From positions 62,001 through 126,000 of the forward strand of contig LVLI01000294.1 of NCBI GenBank assembly GCA_001687465.1: a stretch of 64,000 nt of DNA, in the 5' to 3' direction. Positions 1 through 13,124 of the stretch are shown here, piece after piece. Every line of letters begins with the position of its first letter. Position 1 is the first letter of the stretch. Under the pieces are notes generated by a model. The model was not told the origin of the DNA. It worked only from the letters and a program-made list of their open reading frames with translations, and ran no database searches. The position numbers and the translations under genes were made by a program. Origin of the DNA: Halocafeteria seosinensis (taxonomy: Eukaryota).

Positions 1-233
1 GAATGTCAAATCATATTACACATAAAATTGTCTCGACGGCGCTTGGAGCGAAGTACTACAGGTTCGATGCGGAGGGATTAGGAGATATAGATCTGACGGA
101 ATACCGACAAGACGTTTTAGATAATATGATCACGAAAGGAAAACGGTATATCCAAAGAGAGAAGGGAAAATTCGATGAACTGTCACGGCTTTTAACGGCG
201 CTTCCTCTTAATCAAGGGGACGACAGTATGTGA
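1..233 (+). CDS. 3' end of patatin-like phospholipase (iPLA2-gamma/PNPLA8-like), truncated at window start
   Basis: KYYRFDAEGLGDIDLTEYRQDVLDNMITKGKRYIQ resembles the YFRF...I.LDE...L..L...G..YI C-terminal segment of patatin-domain lipases; TGA at 231-233. Confidence 0.55.
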   Translation, partial: MSNHITHKIVSTALGAKYYRFDAEGLGDIDLTEYRQDVLDNMITKGKRYIQREKGKFDELSRLLTALPLNQGDDSM

Positions 234-246
234 GAGGACTGGTGCT

Positions 247-2960
247 TCATGGAAGCGCACCTTTGACTACCCATCGTTGAGCTGTAGAGGTGTTACATGG
301 TAAAGCAAATGTTACAGTGCACTGAGCTTGATAACAATTTCTTACTTCGTTTCCCAGAGGCCAACGCCTCAAACTGAGGTGATTCATTGAGTATGTCCTT
401 CACGTGCTTTCGAATGGACACTTCCTGTGCCAGTTTATCTTCCGGATCACTGCGTAGAGTGTAACTATAGTAACTTCCCTTCCTTCTGAATCTAAATGGG
501 CGTTACTAACTTTTGTTTAATATGGCGAGCAATGTCCACAGCAGTAACTTCGTTTTGTCCCATTGCCCTAATAGCCTGCGATCATGTCTCGTAGTGTGTG
601 GTAGACCACCATCGGTACGACGGCAAATTACTCACATTGAACGTTGCATCTCGATATTGCTCCTTACGTCCTGACTGTGGCCTGCTTTCACTTTGGGAAG
701 AAGCAGTGGCCGGCGCAGCCGGGCTACCTCTTTGTTCCCAATGTTTAGCAGTGGCCTTTGACTTAGTAGATAGGAGTTCATCTTTACTCGTAACCACTGA
801 ATCAACCGATTCCTGAGCGCAAGTAGTGGCAGAATCAGAAGGCTCCATATTGTGCACGTTGGACTCAGTAGATGTCGGTACAAGCGTCGTATCCACGCGG
901 GAGCCAGAGTTCTGTAGCGGTTGATCTGCTTCTTGAGCGCTTGCAGAAGACAAAACCCAATGTGCTGCGAGTGGACGATTATCTACATCTGTCTTCGTAT
1001 ATTCTAAAGAGAATACGTCTGGCTTACTCTTTGAACCCTGGGATGAGATGGTGGTAAACTGCGGGGACTCATTGAGTACGTCTCTCACGTTCCTTCTGAC
1101 TGTAACTTCCTGAGGGAGTTTATCCTCAGGATCGCTGCAACTACGAGCCAGTGATTCATAATGGATGTGCCGCACCTTGCTCTCTGTACTAATACGCACT
1201 TTTGTTTTAGGTAACGAGCAATTTCTACGGCATTGATTTCATTCTTCCCCAGAGCCCGCATTGCCTGTAAAAAAACCAAAAAATCTCCAAGTACCCGGGA
1301 AACATTGTTTGTTTACAACAAGCACCGTAGCCAAACATTACCTCCAACACTCCCTCCAGGTATTGGCTCTTACGCGCAGTTTTCGATGTTATTTGCTCAG
1401 CAGCTGTAACGGATGCTGCTAAGGACACGCCATTTGCTGGATTACCTTCTTGATCCATCATAGAGGCGGATTGTTCGGCAGCGGTCACTCCTGGAGCTTG
1501 TGACGTTCCGGCAGAGGTCTGTTCAATAGCAGAGCGCGGTATACCGTCACCAGCGGAAGAAGCTGAAATAGTCACCTCCGGAGTGTAGGCAACCGAAGTC
1601 GGTGCTTCGGCTGCAGTCGCGGTTGTGGCACATGTTTGGGACAATTGTGTACTCACTGCAGTTCCCAAATAGGCAGAACGGTCGCCCTCAAGGATCCAAT
1701 ATTGAGCTGTAAGCACACAGTCGTGAACCGGAACTGACCAGCACTAAAAACTACCGTTTTCCGTCCTTACTCTTCTTGCCTTCTACTGGCAAGGCTCTGA
1801 AATCCGGAGATAAGTTCAAGAAATCCTTCACATGTTTACGTACGGATGCTTCTTGAGGCAGTTTATCGTATATGTCACTGCACGGAGAAACGGGTAGAAA
1901 AGGTAGCTACTACCACGAAACGGTTTTGGAAATCCCTTACTTTTGTTTAAGATATCGGGCGATGCCCACGGCACTGACTTCAATCTTGCCCATGGTCCTA
2001 ATTGCCTGTGCGGTATCTTTCGAATGTTGGGATACGGGAATATGTGTAATTCAATACCTTACCTCCACAACTGCATCTCTATAGTGGTCTTTACGATCTG
2101 ATCTCGAACTGGGATGCCCCTCCGTGTGTCGGGAAGATGTTGTAGAAGCGACTTCTGAACCTGTATCTTTCGACACAGCGGTGTCTCTAGAGGGGGTGCA
2201 AAAAGAACCAGTGTTCACGTTTCCAGACATAGAATACTCGTGTCCGCCGGTTACCTGCTCTTCCTGAACGGGATCTTCGGCAACAGAAGAAAAGTACATG
2301 CAAAATTGCCTAGTTTTGATCGTACTGCCATTTCTTAGTTGCAACGGTCTATCCCCCGATTCCACTTTCTTGCCTGCGTAAGAAGTAACATGAAGATACT
2401 TGTCCATCCACTTCGGCCAAGGCTGCCGCACACGTACCATCCACCCACATCGCCGCTCTGCCAACAGAGTACAGTTGATAGCAGCTTTTCAACGCATTCC
2501 AGTCAATAACGGCTTGCTCAAGGCTGACCTTTTTGTCATCCAAAAACAATTTGTTCACCGTTTGGGGTGCGTGTTTCACCACCTCTGATTCCAGCGTGAT
2601 GGGTCTCTTATCAGGTCGTCCCAGAGTAAAGGGCAACTCAATGATATCCGCTACTACCCTATGGTAAGGCACCATTTCTTCCATCGTATCATTCAGCAAA
2701 TAGCACGTGATTCGAGCATACGTGTGACAAGGGCTATGGAATTCCTCCTTATCATAGGATTCCTGTGTTTGAACAGCGCTGTTTGGCGTGTTTCCACTGC
2801 TACTGGCCGCAGCAGCACTTTTTGCATTTATGCTGTTCGAAGTATCACCCTGTGTGGAATCTACATAGTCTGTACGAGCAGCTTTATGCGTCGAGGCGGC
2901 AGACAGGGCGTCTTCCCCAGCAGCTCGTTTCCTGCCATTTCCTTCCTGTGCGTTCTCCAT
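247..2960 (-). CDS. FHA-domain protein with three tandem forkhead-like winged-helix repeats (about 11 exons)
   Basis: ATG at 2960. FHA motif FTLGR...KVSLEQAVIDWN...GRAAMWVDG/KKV...LRNGSTI. Three spliced repeats YxxxxxxA(I/M)RxxGxxExxAVxIARxxKQNDxxDKLxQExxxRxxVxDxLNxSPxF...G..T..W. All introns checked are GT-AG; TGA at 247-249. Confidence 0.75.
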
Positions 2961-3106
2961 ACTAGACACGCATACAATCACTCACTCGTCTACAAAAGTA
3001 AAAATACGAGCAGATGCAATTTCTAATCTTGTAGAAACACACACAAACACAATCAAGGAAGGACACAAACGGTGGCAAGTTGAAGATGTGTAATTCAAAA
3101 ATTTTG

Positions 3107-4737
3107 TTAACTGGGACTACAGAGAGGGCAGAACCACTGTCCTTTGGGACGGTTCGTGGGGCCAACGCCCATACAAGGCTCGTGGAACCATTCTGCAGGG
3201 GGAAGTTAAGGGCGTTTTCCTCATGATGAGTATGGCGAAAGAGGCAAAATATCGACGTACCGACTGGACACTTTGGATTATCACAACCAATCATATTACC
3301 GAATGCAATTTGGTTGCAGACGCAGTAACGCGGTTCATTTTCTGAATCTTCAAATTCCACGGAATGCTCCAATGAGGCTGAGATATACGAAAACGGGTCC
3401 TTGGAAGATGCTTTCGAGATTGCGTTGGTAACGTTTTGACTAGGGATACGGGAAAGGTTCTTAAGAGTCTGCTCTCTGTTGAATAGACCGGAGGTTGACT
3501 CCACACCGTGACGCTTCCTAATTTTGCGAGCCATCGAAAAAACTTCGTCAGGAGGACGAAGATCTTGACCGGCAGGACTTTGAGCTAAATATTCAGCGAC
3601 TGCTTCATAAGATAGCACAGCCCGCGGGTTGAATTCTTCCGCTACAGTCTCTGAATCAAAATGGACGTCATCTGCTGTTGGTTCATCAATTTGCTTGAAC
3701 CTGCGAGGGCGCTGCGAGTCAGCAATTTTACGTGCAGCTGTAACGGCGGCCAACCTGTGACTCGCATTACGGTATGCGGCTGAGGAATCCTCCGGATCAA
3801 TAGAGATCGGAGGGTAAAATTTACGGGCTCCACGCTTTAGTTTTCTCCCGCACTTGTCTGGTTGCTCCTCCGCACCCACTGTTTCGTCTTCTTCAGGTTC
3901 CAGCTGTGTTGCTCTATTTGCACTAAAGGCCAGTAGCATACATGTCTTTCGTGAACGATTGTCTGTCCTGGACAAATAGTTTTTCAAGGCATTAATCCTT
4001 TGGTCGATTTGTGACGCTCGGTGGTCAACCTGTAGGAATAGCATTGTGAAGTGCAGGACCACAAAATGAAGTCATCCATCTGTCTGCAAACATTACCAAA
4101 TCATAGAGGCATCTTGCGAGGTCATTTTTCGTCCCATTGATGCATCTTTCCATATACCCATATTTCTCCGTATCCTGAAGAGTCTTATCAAAAATGCTAA
4201 CTGTACTCGCGCAGTAGCTGTCCTTAGTCATTACTTACATCATTTTGATTCTCGTCTACAGCACCATTGGGTAGCTTCGTTTTCCCTTTTTCATTTGTCA
4301 TATTCCCAAGTGCTTTGCTTGATACAGCCGTTTCGTGAGTCTCTTTCACCACTGATACACATATATCAACGATCCTAACACAGCACAATAACTCTATCCT
4401 TAAGAGCTCATTACTTACCACTTCGGATTGTGTCCAAGCTTCTCATAACTGATGTGACGTCTTGAGAGCACCTGGACAGCTCTGTCGTGGCCTCATCCGG
4501 ATCCGTCCAGTCTGTCCCAGAGGATTGCTTCCGGTCGGAATGATACCTCGAGGATATTCCACTTTTCCGCGACTTCGACCTTATGGTCGGTAAATCAGAG
4601 ACTGCACCACGTTTCTGGCCTGCACTGGATACTGGGCCAGTGGCAGCAGCTGATGAACTTGCCGCACTTGCGCTGGAAGAAAATCCCTCCGGTGGCAGAG
4701 TCTGTGTTCCTCCTCCACGTGAGCGACGTCCTTCCAT
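3107..4737 (-). CDS. ING-family PHD finger protein (multi-exon)
   Basis: Spliced C-terminus [53 protein letters not shown], a typical ING PHD; TAA at 3107-3109; start inferred (MEGRRS). Confidence 0.8.
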
Positions 4738-5393
4738 GGTACCCCCCAGAAGATTTCCAAATGCCGATGGACTCAAATTGTTTTCTAAGCGTCTTTAAAA
4801 TTGCTTATTTACCATGGTATCTACCAATGAGGGATTACCTGTGGCTCTGGGAGAAGTAGGTCGTGAAAGTTAGGGTACACAGAATACGTAACCAGTCTTG
4901 TGGCACCCAAAAATCGGTAAATCGTCAGAATGACAATGATACCTAGTCAATGCCAACCCTCGAGCACGCTACAAGGAGCCAACGGCTGTCTTCAGTGAGC
5001 ACTTACTTTAAAGTTATCGTCGTTTAGGTTCACGAACAAGGTTCGTCCTTGTGTCGAGGAGTCTCCTCGTTCACTTAACTGTCAACACCGATAACTTTTG
5101 GGGAATACTCCTAATTTTTTCAGCAGTATATTTGTTTCGGATCGACCGATATAAGAACAAACACACAGTGTTAAGTCTGCTTAAAGTGCCTCCCGTAGCG
5201 GATCCTGCGTCCCTGGTCTGCAGCTTGAAACGGCGTTGGTCGGTGCCGTTAGGCCCCCGTGAGAATCCGCAACGATTTACTGACAGGAAAATTTAAAGCA
5301 TTGGCAAGAAAGAGATCGTGAAAAAGTGTACCCGTACACCGGAAGCGTTTGTATATTTTTATGTGTATGTAAAGAGGGGCGTTGTTTGTGGTT

Positions 5394-6867
5394 GATGCAG
5401 CCTACAGATGGAGAGGGTATCGCTTTCTCCTCGTACCTTCCCACACGCAGTTCAAGTGTGCCCGTACGAGATCCTGGATACAGGCGACACCCACCTACAC
5501 CAGAGAAAAATGGAATACCGTCCCCGCAAAATGGTGAGGTGACCTCTGCGTCGGCCACGTCTGGCCAAGCATCTGCAACAGAACAGAGCATACGCGCCCG
5601 TCGCTCCAGCATGGTACGCTCTTTGCTGATATTATGACAGTTTATTCCACAAGAGGATGATGATGGCATGCCGATGTACTTGTGCAGACTTCGAGAGCTC
5701 CACACGGCGCACAATCGCTATATAATAGCAATTCCTCTATGGGAGGCTCCCCGACAGCATCTACCTCAAGCCAGCCGAGTCCGCGATTGCACCACAGGTT
5801 GCAACAGAGGTAAGCACTTGGTCGATATGTAGTGTGCACACAAGCCTGGAAATATTCACACTGGGTGTCCTCACGGATCGCAGTAAACTCGGGACGAGTG
5901 ATCAGTCGTTGCTGAAGCGATTTCGCCAGTTACAGCAGTTTCAAGAAGAAGTGGATAAACGAATAATAGACCTAGCGAAGCAAACAGGGAAAGCGAATGA
6001 GCAGATCAAGTATTTAGACCGTTATGAGGAATTGTACGTTGCTTTGATCGAAGTGTAGGTGTGGGTTACCGTGAGACTATAACCGTCCCTGTCGCAGCCT
6101 CCAGGAGCTTGGTGAGGAGCCTGCTAATGCTCGATTGGAACTAGAGACGCATATGAAAGAATCCATGGATTCGAGGCTCAAAACTCGTGAGGTAAGATGA
6201 ATAAGTGTTTGCTTCTAGTCACCACCGGTGCTGAACGGTCTCCGTCCTTGTGCAACAGCAAAAGGTGGAATCGGCCTTGCGTCGGGTCAGTTCTCAAGCT
6301 TCACATAAATATAGAAAACGGTTCCTGAGGAAACATCGACATCTTCGACGTAGGACTGACGAGCTATCTAAGCGTACACGTAACAAGTGTTGCGATAAAT
6401 TTTGTACCATGTTGTATGAATGCATCGGCCGCACGGGGCTCTTCATAGCGAATTGGGTGCCTGCTCTTGATCCCCGCAGTTTGCAGGAGAGAGAAGCGGT
6501 ATTGCATAGCAAGAGTGCTGAGATTGACAAAGAAATAGTCCAGAATTCAGTTAACTCAGCCATACAAAACCTTGGTACGGGTGGTCGCAGAAGTTCGGCG
6601 CTTGCTGCGGTGGAAGGTACCATTGGAACGCCTGCTACCGGCACAACTGAGCAGAATACTAACACTCAGCACAACAATCAATCAGAGCAGCAAAAGAACA
6701 AGAGGCTGTCCCGTTATTCAGAGGAGGATACTGACTCTACCGCTACGCTCTCCTGCGATGAAGAAGAAAAGAATGAGCAGGCTACTGATCCAGATCACAA
6801 TGATCACAACGTAAATAGTGTGCGTCGACGACTTCACGATCCGGGCCAATCTCAGCCGCATGAGTAA
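5394..6867 (+). CDS. hypothetical coiled-coil protein (multi-exon, start uncertain)
   Basis: Chain of + strand ORF segments (5326-5637, 5834-6058, 6250-6867) separated by GT..AG intron-like stretches; heptad-like segment LKRFRQLQQFQEEVDKRIIDL; no family recognised. Confidence 0.5.
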
Positions 6868-6932
6868 TCATTACTAATGGTGCACAAAGCAATATCCATA
6901 ACGTGAGGTTTTTCGCCAAGTTTTTAGTGTAT

Positions 6933-7974
6933 TCAGTAATCGCTATCAGAATCCTCGTCAGCTTTGCGCGGTTCTAGTCTGCAGTAATCACTATCTGCAC
7001 CTCTAATTTCTTCACCATATATATCTGCTCTCGCATAGGTCGATGTGGCACGTCCTCCACTTTTGTCTTTGTTTGGCCGCGGGTCTTCTGTCAACTCTGT
7101 AGTAACAGCTCCAATTTGCGCAAGCGTCCATTCAAGACCTGCATCCTATCAACAAGTCAATATACTTGAAAAAAATGCTTTGATAAAAACGTCAACTTAC
7201 ACTCTGCATCCATTTTGCTGCCTCCAAAATGACCACTGCCAACCAATTGCGCTTGACATTCCCCGTTGTAGTATATCAATACAGTGGGTACATTCCTATC
7301 CGGATAACCAGGAATGCATTCGTCACTAACTATTTTCATAAATTTGGCTGCAGAGTGCCTCTGTGCAACTTCCTGCATAGCCTCTTCTACTAGCCGTGAA
7401 GTTGGCACAGAGTCTTTGTAAAGCAGCACGACGACCCATTTTTCGGGTTTACTTCCCTCCGACACTTCTCGGACAAAATCAGCTTTTTCCAGCGGTATCA
7501 AATGCCCAAATTTCTTCTTCTCAGCGAGAGCTTTCAGTTCTGCCATCCGTTTCTTCCGATACTCATGGATTATTCTTGAGTCAGAGTACTCCTCTTCCTG
7601 CATGGTTTGGTTGGGCGAAACGCTATATCAAATTCACTGTCATCAGCAAGTAGTGAGCCATACCTCGAGTTCATCCAACTGCTCCAAGTTCTTCCCTTCA
7701 AGCTCATCTTTCTGATGTTCTTCGTCGTCATCCTCTTCTTCCTCATGCTTCTGCCGAATCATATCATTCTATGTCCTACTCATCTCGGACTCGATTGCGA
7801 AGAAGCTTACCTCAAGGGGTGGGAGGTTCCCCATCTTGCGCTGAATGTCCTCCCATTCTGTGGTCTCTTGTGTACCTCTTCGGTACGAAGTCGAACCTGT
7901 CATACATCATATCATCCAGTTAAGCTGGGAAATGGTGTCGCAATGAGTTCTGTCGACTTACTGCCTGCGTTCAT
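6933..7974 (-). CDS. PDCL3: phosducin-like protein PhLP2 (PDCL3/Plp2), thioredoxin-fold CCT co-factor
   Basis: Spliced N-terminus MNAGS...TTEWEDIQRKMGNLPP; core EYRKKRMAELK...KFG...WVVVLLY...KFMKIVSDECIPGYPDRNVPTVLIY; TGA at 6933-6935. Confidence 0.9.
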
Positions 7975-8647
7975 CGCCTGTAGAGAGTTAGTGCTGTGCG
8001 CTCAAGAAGTACAATTGACGGATAGCTATCTTCAGCACTACAACCCAGTTATAGTGCCCTTTACTGCCAACTACAGCACGCATTCTGCCAGAGACTCGGC
8101 CATTATCTGGGCAGTGTGTGTACTTCAACTTCGCACCCGTACCATCACGCCGGCCAGGAATCCGGGATAAACGTCTGCGAATTGCAATCGGCCCGCCATC
8201 CCAACTTCAACCTGCGTTGCAAGTGCCAGATATGCCTTGACGCGAGGCAAAAATGATTAGTTGGACAGTATTGACGGGAAGATAGCTCTTCGAGCTTCGT
8301 CTCCTCTGGACGGCAATCGATAGATGTACCCGTATTGCTCTCAGATACGAGCAGCGGGCGTTAAGGTAGATCCTGGTACGTGCTACTAGTTATGAATTAG
8401 GTGTGTTTTGGGTAGATTTTCGATCTTTGCCACTGATGCAAAGCGTATCCGTGATTGTTGCTAAATGTGTGTCTTCCTAAGAAATCAGTGCAGTTTCATA
8501 TCAGTGAGAATCGACAAGCTCCAAGATAAGACCTTTGGAGGGGACGGTGTGAGTTACCACGAACGAATTCAACGAGAGTATCGCAACTTTCCAGGCACAT
8601 ACATATGTTGTTTGGCAATGCCGTGAGGTAACAGAGACGCGAAGAAT

Positions 8648-11600
8648 ATGAGTGATAGGTCCCTCGGCTTGTCTGACAAACGACCGCCTCCTCTCAGCAC
8701 CGTTCGGAACGGCCTAAGCAATGGCCCCGCCAATAGGAAGGGAGAGAATGACAGATATGCTCGAAATGGTTTAGCACGGCATGCCAGTAAAGAGAGCACT
8801 ACCAGCACGACTGGTGTATCAGTCGAGGGTAAAAAGGAAACAAGCAATGAGCAGGACCACCGGGCATGGCATAGCGGTACACCTTCCGTGGGTTCGGAAC
8901 ACGATGCTAGCGCAGTAAGCAGCGTTTGTACGGTCTCCACTAAAATTTTTGTACCTTCGAATCATTTGTTTTCTCTCTGCTATACAGGCGGAATGTTTTT
9001 TATTAGGCGAAATACACGATCTTGACGATTTCCCGAAGCCTGACGGAAAACCGATGGCTGGCTCACACCATGCGGGGAAACGGAGCGCTTGGAGGTATGC
9101 TTACGAGAACAGTGAAAGGCATGGAGAAAAACGAGCACAATTGGATGACTCGTCCACAGTCGATATACCGGCTGTCCATGACGATGATGGGGAGTCGACT
9201 GGAGGGAACAATGAAGAGCGAAGCGAAACGGCTGCTATCCTGACAGATCAACTGACGCAAAGAGTCTCTCTTTCCAATGATGAGGCTGAGCGCGAACGCC
9301 TTCGTGGCGTAGCTGCAACTGCGGATCGCAAAGTGCACCAGCGTACTCGTGAAGATATCCGGAGAGCAATCTCTGATTCAGGGAGACTTAATGCGAGATC
9401 GGGGACAAATGGAGCTACTGACAAAGACAATGCAGTAAACAACTTATCGCTGAACTCAATGAACTTGTTGGAACTCCAGACACCGCAGATGCCAAGATCT
9501 GTCGCGGAGGTTGACTCTGTTGATGGGTTGACAGCTGATGAGCTGAGGCAACATGGGCTCGGAGAAGCTATATACGATGATTTTTCTGACGAATCTCCCT
9601 TCCCTGCTGATCGGCCTTCCCGTGTCTTCACTTCCCCCTCCGATGCCATCAACAGGAACATTGAAAACGAGTATGATGTAGGTAGTAGTGACGATGACTC
9701 CGGTTCTGCCGACTTGAACTCCGAGCAGCAACGTTTGCTTGAGATGACAATGCAAGGCATGAATGGGAGGAACTTCTCCGAGGGTACCAACGAATCTGAA
9801 TCCGTCCAGACTAACAATGAAGCATGGGATGGCGCAGAGAGGTCGAAAGATTTGCATAGTACTATCGGACAAGTATCTGAGACGAAGACTTTGGCCAATG
9901 TACCGTCATCTTTCAGGCACATTGATCCTGCGCGTGACACTACTGAACAAGATGGGACGGCTGTGAATCAGTCACTATCCAGTGGAAGTCAGGCAACTAC
10001 GCATCAAGCACTCGCTAGACCCGAATCAGTTACAATTACTCTCGATCCTCAAACACGCGAGAAACTTGACGAGCTGATGCAGGATGTCCGTGAATTGAAA
10101 TCGTTTATGACATCTCATTCTCGCGATGAAACCGCAACGACTGCCAGCAAAGCGTCCTCGTACTATGCAGGTACACCCTCTAAAAGTAATACAGAAGTAG
10201 AAGAAAGTACTGCGAATTTGAAGGAGCTGAATATCGACGTTGATAGCCACGACAACCAAACTCGCTCCTCAGCAGCTGATACTAGACAGGTTTCCTCTGT
10301 GTCGCCTCCGCGTGCGAAGCCAGACACTAATCGAAGGAAACACATCTCAGGAAGCCGACGATACTTGGCCCAGACGGCAGCCTCGAGGGCCCGTGCGGAA
10401 AATAGCAATAGCAAGAGGGAACCACAAAACAAGAAGTCTCAGTCGAACAAGGGGCGGCAGCAGCAGCAGGGTGGCCGTACAAGACCGAGTGGTACGGACG
10501 CACAGCAATCGAAGAACAAAGAACGGTATGCATCCTATAGCAACCAGAGCTCACGAAACCATAGCGGACCCATCAACCACAATAGGAATGATGAGTCTCA
10601 CCCTAGTCTACTTCCCAGCGAACGTAATTCTCCAAACGCTACTGGCTCCGCCGCAGAGCAGATCCCCATATTCGCCGGTAATCAATTGCCCATAGAGAAG
10701 CAACCTCTCCCCGATCTTGCATCAATTGCACGCTGTTTGCAACAACTTCGTCAGCGATCAATCGATGAAGTCAGAACCCATGGGTCATCCAGACCGAATG
10801 AGTTGTCTAAGCTTCTAGTAGAAATCAAGAGTTTGCTGTCAGTTGCCACTGAAGCCGCAGAAAATTGCAAAGCTGAGACGGATAATATATCTTCTGTGGA
10901 GCAAGAGATACAAAACCAGTTGCAAAAGTTGAATGACTCCATCCAGTCGTTTATTCACTCTGGGTCTCCCAACCGAGAAGGCTCGCCACAGACAACCAAT
11001 TTCTCTCCTTCCCATTTCCGGCAGCCGCAACGCTTGCAACTATCACGGGATCTTGAAGCTGCGTCGATTCCTTCAGATGATGGAATCTTTGCTGTTACTG
11101 GAACGAAGAAAGTTCTGGAATTCGAAACATTCAGTGAAGAAAAGGCCCACCCTTCAAAGAAAGGTACTTTGGAGAACGGCAATGGTGAGGCACTGGCATC
11201 GCCTAAAGAATATCCAAGCCCCATGCATAGAATCTCGGGGAATACAGTCTCTTCCTCATACGGCGTCCCTGCTCCGGGATTATCAGGACTGCAGGTTTCT
11301 TCTAAACAAGTTGCCTCGTGCATCTCTCCGGAGACTGTTCGCACAGACGCTGGAGAAGCCGCTTCCTTGGAAAAAATATCTCCTGTTTCAAGAGTTACTG
11401 TCCATCCACATTCAACGACTAGTGACACGCAGTCTCATGTATCGGACCTTCCAAAGTACAATAACGTTCGTCGGAGAGTACGACCAAGCTCTTTCAAGGA
11501 ACCTATAATTGCCAGCCCAGAAAGCAAAGATGAGGATGAAGACCATCAAGATGAACTGTATCCTCAGGATAGTTCAAAACTAGATATACTACCCACTAGT

Positions 11601-13070
11601 TCAACGGGGGCCGCTACTGTCAGTATTTCAGACACGACGATGCATCGGCTGAAGGATACAGATTGTAGAAGCGTTGTGCCTCCTGCCACCGCGACTGTCG
11701 TCCCTAGTGTGGATAGGAAAGAAACGGAGTGCAACGATACACAACCGGCCTCGACAGCCACTTCCTCAGTTGCTGTCACCTCTACAGCGAATCCTCCACA
11801 GACTAACGGGGGCGGAGTCAATGCTGACAGTTTCGATTCAGATTCAGAATCAGAGAGTGATGAGCCTGTACCAATGGTTGTCCGCCAGCCTTGCCCTATG
11901 AGTGACCACGGGTGCGAATTCACTTCCAGTGACATTGGTTCTATGGTATACGTCGCTGATACCTATATGTCGAAGAAAGGATGGTGGCTAGTGGCCCTTG
12001 AGGATGGAACGAAGTGCTACTGCCCGTGGTATGTGTTTACGAATCCCGGTGGTACTGAGAGCGATGCTTTGGAAGCCCTAGAAAAGGCAAAACAGACCGA
12101 CGGTCGTAGTGGTGGTGACGGCTCCTCTCCGTGGTATGTATTTACGAATCCCGACGGTACTGAGAGCGATGCTATTGGAGCCCTAGAAGAGGCGAAACAT
12201 ACCGACAGTCGTAGTGGCCGTGACAGCTCCTCTTCTTCCTCCTCACCGCCGCCACCGCCGCCTAAGTCTGTTGGAAGTGCTCCCGATGAATCTTACTTTG
12301 CCCACGTTGGAAGGCCCGTAGTCACTGTACCAGCTAGTCTACCAAACGGTGGGAACGGCGAAGCTTATACTAATCCAGGACATCCTAAAGCACATCCCAC
12401 TGTCGTTGCACCTCCACCTCCACCGAGGAAGGGTGCAAGGGATGATTTTCAGGGTGGTAATTCCCAGCGAAGTACTGTTCAACCGCTAAACAGTGAAAGG
12501 GATGTGAGGTACAGGCTGCAGCCGTCTGAACCGAGAAGTTCCAACTTTCGTAAACCGGATGATGGACTTTATCAAGGAGGTACTCCACCTGTAGGGAGGG
12601 CAGGTTTACCAACCGTACAAGGAAACCGGAATGACGCGGAGGAAGCAGAAACAACTATCGCTGAAAAAGGTGCAGGGGAAAGGAAGACTGTTGATGAAAC
12701 TCATCGCGAAACCGAAGGCAGTTCGGACGGTAGCTATCCTGGCTCCGAGGAGTCTCTGTGTAATGAAAATGAAGAGCCGCTACTTGCAAGTTTTAAAACT
12801 CGAGGGATGCCACCGAGACAGTCCATTCCACCTTCCCCGCCTAAAGCTGACCAGCATCCGATGGGCAAAAAGATGAAATGGAATCCTGCGGAAGGCAGTC
12901 TAGTTATTCGGAGAGATAAAAGACGTGGTCGTCTTGGTACACCCGCATCTTCCGGCGATCAGTATACTGAGCCACAAGAGAGCTCTCCTGTGGTGCCCAA
13001 GGCTCCTGCGACGCTCCGACACCCTAATGGAAATATTTCTAGGATAGCGTCTCGAGAAAGGCTGCGATAG
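8648..13070 (+). CDS. large low-complexity protein with degenerate SH3-like domain and polyproline tracts
   Basis: ORF 8648 spliced to the 1373-aa ORF; SH3-like ...KKGWWLVALEDGTKCYCPWYV; PPPPPP motifs; mostly disordered. Confidence 0.65.
12024..12233 (+). repeat. in-frame 105-bp (35-aa) tandem duplication
   Basis: ccgtggtatgt[g/a]tttacgaatccc... begins at 12024 and again at 12129; PWYVFTNPGGTESDALEALEKAKQTDGRSGGDGSS versus PWYVFTNPDGTESDAIGALEEAKHTDSRSGRDSSS. Confidence 0.95.
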
Positions 13071-13124
13071 TGGTAGACAAAAAGCGAATGTTAGATATTA
13101 TGCTTGTTTGTAATGGCGAAACTA

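Noticed and set aside
7607..8170. 187-aa hydrophobic + strand ORF
   Set aside because: Antisense shadow of the Glu/Asp-rich PhLP2 exons; the hydrophobicity comes from reverse-complemented GAA/GAG codons.
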